A DNA stretch of 64,000 nucleotides from positions 1,116,001 through 1,180,000 of the forward strand of contig JBLDXI010000036.1 of the NCBI GenBank assembly GCA_047495785.1, read 5' to 3'. This DNA comes from Lepidodermella squamata. Taxonomy: Eukaryota; Animalia; Gastrotricha. This document shows positions 11,030-23,303 of the stretch, piece after piece. Both the position numbers and the translations under genes were made by a program. The notes under the pieces are model-generated. The model ran no database searches and was not told the DNA's origin. It saw only the letters and a program-made list of their open reading frames with translations. The number at the start of each line of letters is the position of its first letter. Position 1 is the first letter of the stretch.

Positions 11030-14000
11030 TCAGCGCATCCCAGGAATGGAGAAAGAAGCACAGTTGACCTCCGCAATTCGCAATTGGGCTGGGGTCAGCG
11101 TTGCATTGAATATGTTCAGACAGGCAATACTTCCCATCAGCGGCTCAACTGGATCTGTCCACGATCTTCAAAGACACAAATTTCAAATAAATAAATGCGT
11201 CGGGGTGAAGGTGAGCCTGAACTAACCGTGCCAAACTAAGTGACCCATTGTTTGGAATGGGATATATTACACCGGTAAGAGAGGCTCTATACCTATCGCA
11301 AGCAATATTGAAGCTGCCACTGGATGCGCCCGCTGAGTATATAACTGACACAAAGCGCCACAGATGACTGAGGGGACACGTGACCTCAGAATAAATGCTA
11401 CCAACTGCAACGCGGAAAGTATTGTTGCTCCGAGCTAGAATTTTCAGACCTTGCATCGCCCCATTTGGTGCGAATTCAAGAAGCGGCCTGTCCTGTTGAG
11501 TTGACAGCGTTGCGAAAAAGGTAATGCTGAAACCAGCGGTCATCGACCTGATTTTATCAGCTGATGCAATTCTTACATCACTCGACGCGAAATAGAGAGC
11601 TGTGTCAGAAACGCCGAACGGGCCAGGAACATATGGAAGGGCCGTGACTGGAGCTGAGAAATTAGCCTTTGGCTCGACACGGTCGTTCAAGTCGGATACC
11701 AACGGCCAAATTGCCAAGTTCGACGGCATCAGTGTTGTCAACGACTCAGGCATCCACGTTTTTCCTGAAAAAACCTCCACGCACTTTTTACGAACCATCC
11801 ACAGGTGTTGCACGAGAAGGGCGTGTTTGTAAATCGAAAGACACGTGAGACGACTACTATTGATTGATCCAGATTTCATTTTGTTGCTTGTGATTGGCGA
11901 TGTTGTGACATTGACCGTATTAACGACGTTGTCGCAGACTGCTGTCAGTTGATTTAATGTGTTGTCGTATGAAACCGCGATGTAGACCCACGATGGAGAT
12001 CGGGATGTGATTGACATGCAGCTGAATGAAATCGCGGCAGCGGTATCATCTGAAAAGGAAATGCCATTGATTACTACATCTCTGCCTAAAATCATTTTCA
12101 ACCAGCCAAAAGCTATGCTAAACTACTCAACTATACGAGCGCATTTCTTTGACTCTCAGAGTTCCGACACCCTATTCCAAGCCAGCTGCGATTCTACGAA
12201 TATTAACGACCCTGCTTTCAATAAATCCCAAGCTGTAGCATCATAGACAACTCTATACAGATCGGAAACTAGCGATCTTCCTATAGTAAATAAATTCACA
12301 CCAAAACGTGAAAAAGTGGGCACGCGACTTTCATTTTTATTCACTCATCGCCCTATCCGTCCATGGTAATTTTTCCGATTTTTAATTATTTTCTAAAATT
12401 CCCTGAGAAAATGTTTCATTTCCAACAAATTTCAAACAAATTTTCCGGACTACTAGAAGCGCTCCTTATTCGCTCCTTATTAATCTTATTCGATTTTTGC
12501 TCTATCCAAAGATATAAAACTTGAGCGAATCAGAATTTTTTTCGAATTTCGCGAAATTTGCATTCGCTTGATAATACTTTGAGCGAGCTAAAAATAGCTA
12601 CAAAAAACCTAATAGCTATTTTTAGATTTAGCAGTATCACGCAAAATCCAAATATTACAAGTCAGAAAATTTCGCGAAATTCGAAAGAAACTCTGATTCG
12701 CTCAAGTTTTATATCGTTGGATAGAGCAAAAATCGAAGGATAGATAGAGCAAAGATCATAGTATTTTTCTCGGAATTTTTCGGCTTAAAATGAAAAATTT
12801 TACCGTCCTGAAAGACTCTTGAAATGGCGATTTTTCGTAAAAGTGACCAACTTTGAGATAATTTTAAAAAAGTTAGAAAAAAACCGTCTCATGAGACGGG
12901 ACTCATTCGATAGAGGAGCGCTTCTAGTATTCCGGAAAATTTGTTTGAAATTTGTCGGAAATGAAACATTTTCTCAGGGAATTTTAGAAAATTATTAAAA
13001 ATCGGAAAAATTACAATGGACGGATAGGGCGATGAGTGAATAAAAATCGAAAGTCGCGCGCCCACTTTTTCACGTTTTGGTGTGAATTCAACTTCAAACT
13101 CACCCATGTATATGTCAATTCTGTTCAATCCATCGCTGGTTTTAGGGTGGTAGAAAATCCGGAAAAGATCCGTTGCGTCGTAAAACACAATAACGGGTAA
13201 AGCAATAGCAGATGAGCTCTGATACCAGTAGGTAGATAGCGTGAATGACGACTGGCTGAGATCGAGTTTAAGATTTTCCACCTTGAAATAATTGTTCGAA
13301 GTTAATACGTAGGCGGGGGCCGCAAAGTCGAAAGGGTTGTTAGCATAATTGACAGATCCAACAAACGATCCGTTGATTCCGTTTTCACTGATATCACTCG
13401 AGCCGTACGCTTGCGTAAGCGGGAAGAAAGCTAAGGCGGGAGGTAACGCAAACGGATTCTCTGTTAATAATTTTTATTATCATATCTGCAATACCAGACT
13501 TCAGACTAACTTACGCTGTTCGCAAATCTCCAAAGTGGTGTAGTTTGTACTGTTGTATAACAACTAAGTTCAAGGGAAACAATTGGGCATCTTGTATTAA
13601 AAGAGAGGAGAGCATAAGATTCGTCAGCTGATAACATACCCAATTTTCAGGACAATCTTCGTCAACGGAAACACACTTTGAAGCCATCAACGGGTTACTA
13701 GCGCATAGCATGAACTAATTGCAAAAAACACAATTACCCCTTTTTTCCCGAAGCAAAGAAAATCCCCTATTAGAGACTAGGAACTGGGAAGTGAGCGATT
13801 GATCGCGAACGGCTTTGCGGCGAATATTTTTCATTATAGATAATAAAGACTAGCACAGCCTTCCCCTTCCCTCCTTGGTCACCTGATTTGTTTGAGTAGT
13901 ACAACCTCAAACCCAAGCACATTATGTATTGTCTAGTTGTGCTACTGATTCCGCTGGACAAATTACATTTTTTCTTACGACTCTACCTCCTCGTATCCAA

Positions 14001-16920
14001 AAACGTTTACTTACCGCTGAAGGTTTCATACAGGCGGCGTAATTTTCGCTGAAATTTCCACTCGTATAAGATGATACCTGAAAATGCATTAAAACAAAGT
14101 AGAAATGAGTTTGTTACGAAATCAGGCTAACCGGAGAGATTCCTTGAGAGCAAGTTGTTGAGTCCTGGCATCGTTCTCCAGTTGCGCATCGATAAGCGCT
14201 CTAATTTATAATTAGTGAGTAATTTAGAAATTGCAAATACGAAGTCCCGTTCTTACAGCGCTATAGCAGGCACTTTCCGATGTGTAAGAAACGTTCTCAA
14301 TCTATGATGAAAGATTATTCTTACATGAAGTTCCCCACTTAAGCGCTAACTTACGCTAATTTGAGGATTGGGACAGGATAGTCCACTGACGCAGCCTACA
14401 AACGTTTTGTTGCTGTCGTAACAATGCACGTAATTGACAACTGTTCAGCGTCGAATAATCATAAAAGTAGCAGAATAGCGACAGAAGGAGAAACCAACTT
14501 TTGCATAGCTCAAAAGAGTCGTAGCTAGTCTCAGAAGCTCCAGAGATCTAAACACAATTGAGCTTCTTGTGAAATTCAAAGAAAATCAGGGGAAATTAAC
14601 TCACAGTAGATGCTGGGCAACTCGAGTTGACAGGAATGCACACGGTAAGTAAATTTGAATTCGGATCCAAGCAGCGTTTATGCTTCCCCTTTAATTATTA
14701 TTTGATACTAACGTAGCTTCGAGCTTCGAGCAAAATTGCAAAAACCTGAATTGCAGATTGGCAGGTTTGGAAATTGGTAGCGTATGGCCCGGAACTTGCT
14801 CCAAGGCTTCCAAGCTGTTAAATTGAAATATACGATAAAACAGTCAAGAATTCAAGAAAAGCTACTTACATCGTATTTCCCCGTTCCGTTTGGACATGAA
14901 TCAAAACAAGTACCACCAGTAGAAGCGTCATAACACATTCTGATACTCTGTTAGGAGAAAAACCGATTAAAATTTGCCGCAAAGCTAATAGCTAAATTCA
15001 AACCCCTGTTTCGCAAACTGTTCTCGTAGAGAACACGTTCAGGCTAGGGGTCTGTAAGTAAAACAAAAATAAAAAAAAGATATTACCTTATCAATTCCAC
15101 ATTCCAACCCGCTTTTTAATAGAAGCTCAGGACTTTACTTGACCGAATCAACTACAACCAGCTCAACTATGCTTCCATACATTAGCCCACTCTCAAACAA
15201 AGCCCGCTACTATAACCACTTCTCGGGTGATCTCGGGTAACCCCTTCTCAGACCCACTTGATTTAAAAAGCCTATGTATTAAATCGCAGCGTTAGGAGTA
15301 TCAAATGTGACTATTACGTCTGTTCCGTCGCATGGCAACTGAGCAGGCTTGCATCCGGAGAACGTGGACCCAGCCGAGCTAAAACAGCGTCGATGAGGAA
15401 AATAAGACTGCGGAGCTGGAAGAAACGAAGCGTATTAACAAATCTGTTTCATTGTTTTTCAACGAACCAGATTCGCACTCGCCAAGGTTTGAAAATACAA
15501 CGCCAATCGAAAATTGGTTCGTACTACCAGCCGAGCAGTTCGTGCTGCCGTCAGTAGGGATGCATTTGACAAGAGCGTAGGTTTGCGAGATCAAGCAGAA
15601 TTGATGCGGTTTCTAAACAGAAAAAATAGGAAAATCGAACAATTATGTACAAAAGTTTACCGTATATGTCGCGAGATAGCTAAGGCATTGAGCATAATTT
15701 GCCCCGAAATCGCCAACGCTGTTGAAAGTTGCCACCTAAATAGAGAGACAAATAATTCGAAATCATCCAAGCAATGACTGGCTCACCAAGCTCATGGGAG
15801 ATCGGCAAATTCCACGGCAAACGAATGTCGAAGCGGATTTGCATAGAGCTGCGGGCTACGAAAAGAAATAAAATCGGGAATGCTTCAACTAAAATAAAAC
15901 AAATCAACACACCCCTGAAGAGCAGTGTCTCTTGTCGATATAAATTCCGCCGCTGAAAGCCTGAAATAGAACAAAATTCGATAGTGCTTCCGAGATGTCA
16001 TTACATGACCTGTGATTGGGTGGCAGTGTTACAGCCAGGCGTAGCCAGCTGGCAGCCAGCGAATGTGCGATCCGATTTTGAGAAACACCGAACATGCGGC
16101 GAGAAGTCTGGGCTTCTGGCGGCTAAAATAACATTATGAGCCGAATCAATTACTATTCATTATTCTGTTCGAATCAAGCAAACCTTGGATTTTCTCAAGG
16201 CACTCATTCAAGCTGATTATCGGGTTCAAGGTACGCTAACATTCATAAAAAATGGAACAGGTAATTGCTAAAATCATTTGAAATCCTCACCCAGCCAGGC
16301 GGGCAATTGCTCTCATATGGGACGCAGGTCATAGCTGTATCATTCTCACACTTCATAGCTGGATTTTCCTTCGCAAAAACATAGAAAAAAATGTTCGATT
16401 CGCTGAAAAATAATCGCGCAATACCATGTACGGCCGAATTGCGTTGATGCAGTCATCGTACCGAGGTTTAAAAGTCAAACCCGTGAAATTTACGTGCTAA
16501 GAAAAAATTGAAATTAAATTCAGCGGCAATTGAAAGAATAAATTACCGGAATTTCGTTCTTTGAACACGAAACAATCTGAGGCAGGCATCGCAGTGTGAA
16601 CTGTTTCGGGTTGTAGCAGCTATGGGCAGACTGAATAAAGCAAATTCGATTTCTTATTGAACAGCGGCGAGCAAATAAACTAACGCCCTGCTTGCAAGTC
16701 GCGTAATCAGGAAATGACGGGCCCAACTAATCGCGAAAGCATTTGTTTAGATTGGGTTGGGTCAGCGAGTACCTTGACTTACCTGAGCTTCTTCAAATAG
16801 ATAACAGTCCTCTTTGCAGCCGATGAAATCATCGTTCCATCGCGAGATGCATCGCTTAAAGCAACTGGCACAGCTAACAGCGATCACAGCAAAAACCAAA
16901 TAACCACTCAATAAATTCAT
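11030..16920 (-). CDS. Paralogue B1: secreted protein, 12 four-Cys modules + 2 ConA-like/LamG domains (~1000 aa, apparently intact)
   Basis: ATG at 16920 (MNLLSGYLVFAVIAVSCASCFKRCISRWNDDFIGCKEDC); more than 20 small GT-AG exons; LamG exons ~13460-13103, ~12049-11226 and ~11165-11030 ending IPGMR*; motifs FFPLT..D.S.N, WVYIAVSYD, WPLVSD, GPFG. Confidence 0.8.
12242..13088. mobile_element. Foldback/MITE of the CATAGAC family in the B1 LamG intron
   Basis: Long inverted arms (aattcacaccaaaacgtgaaaaagtggg... at ~12293 and reverse complement at ~13088); left end catagacaac; right terminus clipped. Confidence 0.75.
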
Positions 16921-17414
16921 CTATTCTTTTTAAATGAAAAAATGAATGAATGAATGAGTGACTGTAAAAAGTGATATTTGGGTCGACTTTGCTACGTCAT
17001 AGCGCCACATTTACCACGCGATGTTTCCAAGTCGCGTGAATTACGTAATTTTATTTTTGTCCTACTTTTGCCGAAGGAGCACTCTCAGCCAATTTAATAA
17101 AAATAGGTCAAGGTTAACTGTACTGGAAACGTACTGGCTACGGAATTTAAGGCGTCGTGAATTGACTCCGAGCTGAGCTAGCGCAAACAAATCGACCATT
17201 TGCTGATCAGCGAATATAAAAAATTGAGTTTTAAGTGTTCCATGCACGGCAAAATATTGCGCATTGCGTACGCCCTTTTGAGAGACGAGAGGAGTTGAAA
17301 TTGTTAGAAAATATTAACATTTATGAATATTTATTCGTCCTGATTGAAAGTGAGATGCAAAAAGAAAGACTGAAGACGTAAGAAAAAATTGGAAAATGCT
17401 ACTTTGGATTTACC

Positions 17415-18316
17415 CATAGACAACACTGTAACAGATAGGAACGATCGCAAACGATCGTCCTATACTGAATTTCTTCAGCACGCGATTACTTTGTATGCCA
17501 AACAACGCCCTATCCGCTCAATACAATTTTAATTAATTTCAAAAATCGATAGGCTAAATTGTCCCTCATCTAATTGTTTGAGTTTCAGTAGATAAATAAT
17601 ATATTTCGCGGTCTATCGAATGAGCTCAGGTGCATCTTGGAGGCTCGCAAGATTAATTTACTAGAATTTGGTGAAAATTGCTATTTTTGTAGATTTTCGG
17701 CTAATCTGCCATCTGCCATTCTTCTGCCGCCGTTGGCTCTCCCGACAAATTTTTGAAAATTTTAAGGAAAATTGATTTATCAATGTTGACAATTTTCTCT
17801 ATCCAACGATATATAAGTTGCGCGGTAATTATTTTATTTTGATTTTCCGATATTTTTTGGCTCGAATAATGATTTTATTGGGGTGCAGCTTGAACTTTGG
17901 ATTCTCTTGTTGCGTTGTTCGAGCCAAGAAAATATCGGAAAATCAGAAAAAAATAATTACCGCGCAACTTATATATCGTTGGATAGAGAAAATTGTCAAC
18001 ATTGATAAATCAATTTTCCTTAGAATTTTCAAAAATTCAGGGAGCGAAGCACCGATAGGGATGGTAGGGATCATACCTACCAGTTCAGTCGGTACGCTAG
18101 GTGAACGCATTCAAAGATCAAACTGGACCCTTATGTCGATTTTCCTTATCCTTACTAGTTCTGCTGCCCTACTTCGCTCTCTGATTTCTTAGAATTTTCT
18201 TAGAATTTTCAAACATTTTCGGGAGAGCCATCCGCGGCAGACGAATGGCGCTTTATGCAATAACAGCTCGAATAAATTAACGAATGGAAGATCGTTTGCT
18301 CCCTATCTGTTACAGT
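17415..18316. mobile_element. CATAGAC-family palindromic non-autonomous DNA transposon, internally rearranged copy
   Basis: Starts catagacaacactgtaacagatagga and ends ctatctgttacagt; internal inverted arms. Confidence 0.75.
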
Positions 18317-19325
18317 CATAGACATCACTGTAACAGATAGGACGCAAACGATCTTTCTATAGTGAAATTATTCGAGCTGTTATTGCAAAAAGCGCGGCAC
18401 GCGACCACTTTTTATGCCACTAAACGCCCTATCCGCCCATTTTAATTTTAATTAATTTCAAAAATCGATAGACCGAATAGTCCTTTTTCTATTTTTTTTA
18501 AGTTTCAGTAGATAAATACTAGGATCCGCGGTCTATCGAATGAGCCCAGGTACATCTTGTAGGCTCGCATAGTTAATATTCTAAAATTTGGTAAAAACAG
18601 CTATTTTTGCTGATTTTCAGCAAATCTTCATTTCTTCTGCCGCGGTTGGCTCTTTTAGAAAAAATTTGAAAATTGTTAGAAAATTAATTTATCCATGTTG
18701 AGAACTTTCTCTCTCCAACGATATATAATTTGTCCGGTAATTATTTTATTATGATTTTCCGATATTTTTTCGCTCAAAAAACGATTTTTCGCTTAGAACA
18801 TCTCTGAAAAAAGCAACGCAGCGAGAGAATCCAAAGTCCAAGCTGCATGAAAGTAAAATCGCTATTCAAGCCAAAAAATATCGGAAATTCAAAATTAATT
18901 AATTACCGCGCACATTTTATATCGTTGGATAGAGAAAATTCTCAATATGGATAAATTAATTTTTCTAGAATTTTAAAAAAATTTCCGGAAGAGCCAACCG
19001 TGGCAGAAGAATGGCAGATTTGCCGAAATTCTGCAAAAATAGCTGTTTTCAACAAATTCTAAAAAATTAATCATGCGAGCCTACAAGATGTACCTGGGGT
19101 CATTCGATAGACCCTGAAATCTAGTATTTATCTACTGAAATTCAATATATTTCAAGAGGGACTATTTGGTCGGTCGATTTTCGAAATTAATCAAAATTAT
19201 AATGGGCGAATAGGGCGGTGGGTGATCAAAAAAGTGGTCGCGTGCCAACCTTTTTGCAATAACAGCTCGAATAAATTCACTATGGCAAGATCGTTTGCGT
19301 CCTATCTGTTACAGTGTTGTCTATG
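18317..19325. mobile_element. CATAGAC-family ~1-kb near-palindromic element
   Basis: catagacatcactgtaacagataggacgcaaacgatc ... gatcgtttgcgtcctatctgttacagtgttgtctatg; arms inverted over almost the whole length; no TSD identified. Confidence 0.85.
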
Positions 19326-19989
19326 CCCCCAGGAATAGTAAAATTAGACAGCATTCAATTTTTTTCAAAAATCACGGCAATTTTAATCTGGTATTTGAAG
19401 TGTATGAAGTTAGATGAAGTAGGATCTACGAGTTGTGGGTACGGTTGTGATTTTTTTCTGCCCCGAATCCCGAATTTGTGGTCTCGCCTATAATTTTTTG
19501 AATTGTCTTGCCTTGAACCCTCGAGGCGGGGTTACGGCACCCCCCTAACCCCCGTGCTTCGTACACTGGCTACATGTTGTTCTGATTTCTGATTTGTTGA
19601 CCAACATAGCACAGAATTATTTAACGTTCGCATTGCAAGTTTTTATTAATCAAGTACATCCGACATTTTTGCCGACAATCTAGGAATAAATAAGGCATAC
19701 TTAAAGCATGGTTCAGTGTCTTCGAATAAATAAATAAATAAGTTAAACAGTTTCAACATGTCAGAGAATGCTGTAGGTACCCGATTCATTTATGCAAAGT
19801 TAGAGATGCTAAGTTTCATGTAAGCTGGCTTCAACGCATGCCAGGAATAGAGAAAGAAGCACAGTTGATTTCTGCAATTCGCGTTTGGGCTGAGGTCAGT
19901 GATGCATTGAATATGTTCAGACAGGCAATACTTCCCATCAGCGGCTCGACCGGATCGGCCCACGATCTTCAAAGACACAGATAAATATG

Positions 19990-20821
19990 GGACGAGGCTA
20001 TTCGGACACAGCGAAATGTGTGTCACGCAATGGCTATTCGAACACATTGTGTGCGCGCTTTTCGCTATTTGAACACACTGTGTATGCGTGATTGGCTACT
20101 TGAACACAGCGGTGTGTGCGCGGAAGTGGCTATTCGAACACAACCCTCGAAGTCGAGGAATAACGGTAATAGGCTAGCGAAAAGACGGTAATTGACCGGA
20201 TTTAAGACGGATTTAGCGTTTTTAGCATAATTTCAAAGACTATCCCTGCTAGTGTCATGTATTCTTGATTTTAAACCTATCCTCACTGCCCGCGCCTCCA
20301 ATGGTATCAAGGGGTCTCACCTCGCCGCGCGCTTTTAAGACCGCCGGCAAGCCAAATTGAAATCAAACCGAAAGATGACGTCCGGCGGAGTCAAATTCGA
20401 GCTATCAAATCGCTAATTATCAGTTGCAATCACGCCGCGCAGCAGCCTTTTATCGGAATTCCTGCCAGACTCGATGGCCGCGACCCAAAGTCAAAGAGAG
20501 CGGCCTTTATTGCTTTATTGCTTTACTGCTTTATCGCCTTTATTGCTGATTCTAATGTGCGCTCGAATTTTGGACCGGGTATTTTCCCGTTATGCTGGTA
20601 TTTCGAATTTTCGCAGTTCTAGCATTTTCCGGACTAACAAAAAGTTGTTAAAATCCGGATTTCGGTGATTAGCAGGTGACTTTAGATGCTGTGTTCAAAT
20701 AGCCGAATGCGCGCACACACCACTTCACGCCCACTTGTGTTCGAGTAGCCAGTCACGCACACACACTGTGTTCGAATAGCCATTGCGTGACACACAATTT
20801 TGTGTCCGAATAGCCACATCT
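19990..20821. mobile_element. Mutator-like non-autonomous element in the last intron of B3
   Basis: TIRs with repeated tggctattcgaacaca subunits; 9-bp TSD ATAAATATG (19981-19989, 20822-20830). Confidence 0.8.
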
Positions 20822-21646
20822 ATAAATATGCAAATGGTTGAAAGCGAGCTTCAACAAACCTCGCCAAGCTGATTGATCCATTGTTTGGAATCGTATTGGT
20901 TGAGAGAGTACCGTAAAAAAAGCTTCTATTCCTGTCGCATGAAATAGAGAAGCCACTGTTGGTTGAGGTCGCTAAGTAAACAACGGCCACAAAGCGCCAC
21001 TGATGGTTAAAGAAACACGTCGTCGCAGTGGAAACGTTTCCAAGCTCAACGCGAACTGTGTTGTTGCTTAGAACCACAATTTTTAGCCCGGGCATCGCCC
21101 CGTATGGAGCGAATTCAAGAAGCGTCCTTACCGGTTCAGTTGACAGAGTTGCGAAAAAGGTAATGCTGAAACCAGCGGTCATCGACTTGATTCTATCAGC
21201 TGATGCAATTCTTACATCGCCTGACCCGAAATAGAGAGCGGCGTTCAAAACGCCGAACGGTCCAGGAACAGATGAAAGGGCCGTGACTGGAGCTGAGAAA
21301 TTTGCCTTCGGTCGACACGGTCGTTCAAATCTGATAACAACGGCCAAATTGCTGTTCGAAGGCATCACTGTTGCCAAAGATTCAGGCGTCCAAGTTTTGC
21401 TTGCATGAACCTCCAAGAACTGTTTACGAACCATCCACAGGTGTTGCGTGTTTGCAAATCGACATACAAGAAATACGGATAAGGGTGGCAACGTCACTTT
21501 TCCTGCGCAGTAAAATACACAGCCTTCGAAATTCAATACGAAATTCCCCAGAGCAAACCATATAAGGTCGAATTTTGGCGAGACAGGCTTCATAACGCGG
21601 CTTGAATACCAAGCCCGTAAAATCTAAATGCTGTTGGGAATCAAAA

Positions 21647-22125
21647 AAGTGTTGGGGATTTGATTTGAAATCAAAATCAAAATCAAATCTCGCTCACTCT
21701 AAAATCATTTCCTGTTCCCAAAATCAAATATCAAAACACTGAAATCAAATCCAAAAATCGTTGAAATCTCTGGAAATCATGCATGCTAGATTAAACCACA
21801 AAAAAACGCGAGGAAAAACATGTCCAAGAAGTTTATTACTTTAAATTGGGTTTCCTATGATGTCAAAAAAGACGTTTTTTGTCCAGGATGGGTTTAAACC
21901 AAATAAGCTTGAAGTTTCTTATGATCATCCCAGCATTTTGCGCATTTCTTACGACGTTTTCCCACGATGTTTATTGCCGTAATTGATTTTGAAATCACTA
22001 AAATCAATATTTTTTGCGCCAATCAAATCGCTATTCTTTCAAATCAAATCCTGAAATAAAATCACAACTAAAAATGGTCTAAAATCGTGAAAATCAAAAT
22101 CTGAAAAATCAAATCCCCAACACTG
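21647..22125. mobile_element. hAT-like MITE
   Basis: TIR (c)agtgttggggatttgattt / aaatcaaatccccaacactg; many internal aaatc subrepeats. Confidence 0.7.
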
Positions 22126-23303
22126 GCTGCAGGTTGTAACAGCTGTGGGCTGACTGAATAACAGCTCGTTAGAAAATCGTAACAAAAATCCTCGTATCAA
22201 CTTATGCCGAATTTTCCGGCGCCTGGCAGCCAATGATGCTATCACACCTTCGTCGAAATTTTGTTCAATTTTCACATTCGGTTCTAGAAACTGGACAGCT
22301 GGAAAACAAACTTTTTTGCCGACAAAATAGCGAGAACCGAGGAACATTTTCCTCATTGATAATAAGTATTGCAAGCACCATGTGGCTCACCCATTTATGA
22401 TGAATCATGTTCGCACAATAAAATTGAGTGGCAACAATCAATAGCAAGGATTACGAAAAACGAACTTCGAATCCAAATGTACCGCTCATCGTCTCACAAA
22501 GAAAAGCCAGAGTTGCCCTTTCGGCTGGTAATAGAGCACAGTCTGATGTCCCGATAGCCAAAAGGAAACGCTAAAATTCGACTTACCATTCTTGCTCTAA
22601 AATTCCCAAGTTGAACCACTTTTAAAAAAATCTTTCAACAGTGGTTCCACACTGCCAAGCTGCAACATTCGTATTTTGACGCAATGCTAAAATTCAAGGA
22701 AGTACGTCATCTGGGTCAGAAGCCCGACCATTTAGACTGAAGCCTTGCGCAGCGTTTGCCATGAGGGCTGTGCAATAAGAGTGAGAAGTTAGATTTGAAA
22801 AAATACCAACATTTCGATTTAACAAAAATGGACAAGTCTGTGGTCTGAGGGAAGGGAGATGGGACATTTATAACTTATGACGGTATTTTCTTCAAAATTA
22901 TTACTGAAAAAAATATAAATTGCTTCAATTTTCACCATTGATTGATTATGGATGGATTATTCTATGCCGCGACGTACTGGTACATGAACCACCAGCATCA
23001 GCATCGCAGCGTTTCTGAATAGCTGAATAGCCGAGTTCAATTGTGCATGCAATATGCAATACTGTGAAAGTTTATTAATTGGCATGTGAAAAGATTTTAT
23101 TTATCTGCCCTCCGTCTCAAAGACGCTCGCGGCTCACAATTTCAAACATAAAGATTGTCGAAAAGTTTATTAATTATATCTTAGCCTTGGTTCTATTTCA
23201 GTTTAGATTAGCAGCTTAGAAAAATATCACTGCAGAACTGTCTCGCTCACAATTTCAAACATAAAGATTGTCGAACTGTCAAAAGGCTTGAATACTTTGA
23301 TAG

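Larger units (their letters stand above)
19831..22205 (-). pseudogene. Paralogue B3: deleted chimeric pseudogene (B2-like exons 3-5 fused to B1-like LamG2 exons)
   Basis: 22130-22205 and 21500-21645 match B2 27750-27832 and 27520-27660 including introns, then the sequence jumps to the LamG block QHLWMVRK with a frameshift near NLA-; last exon ends IPGMR* at 19831; no start exon. Confidence 0.8.

Noticed and set aside
23133-23275. 30-bp direct repeat downstream of B2
   Set aside because: Looks like a simple local duplication with no TE ends or other structure
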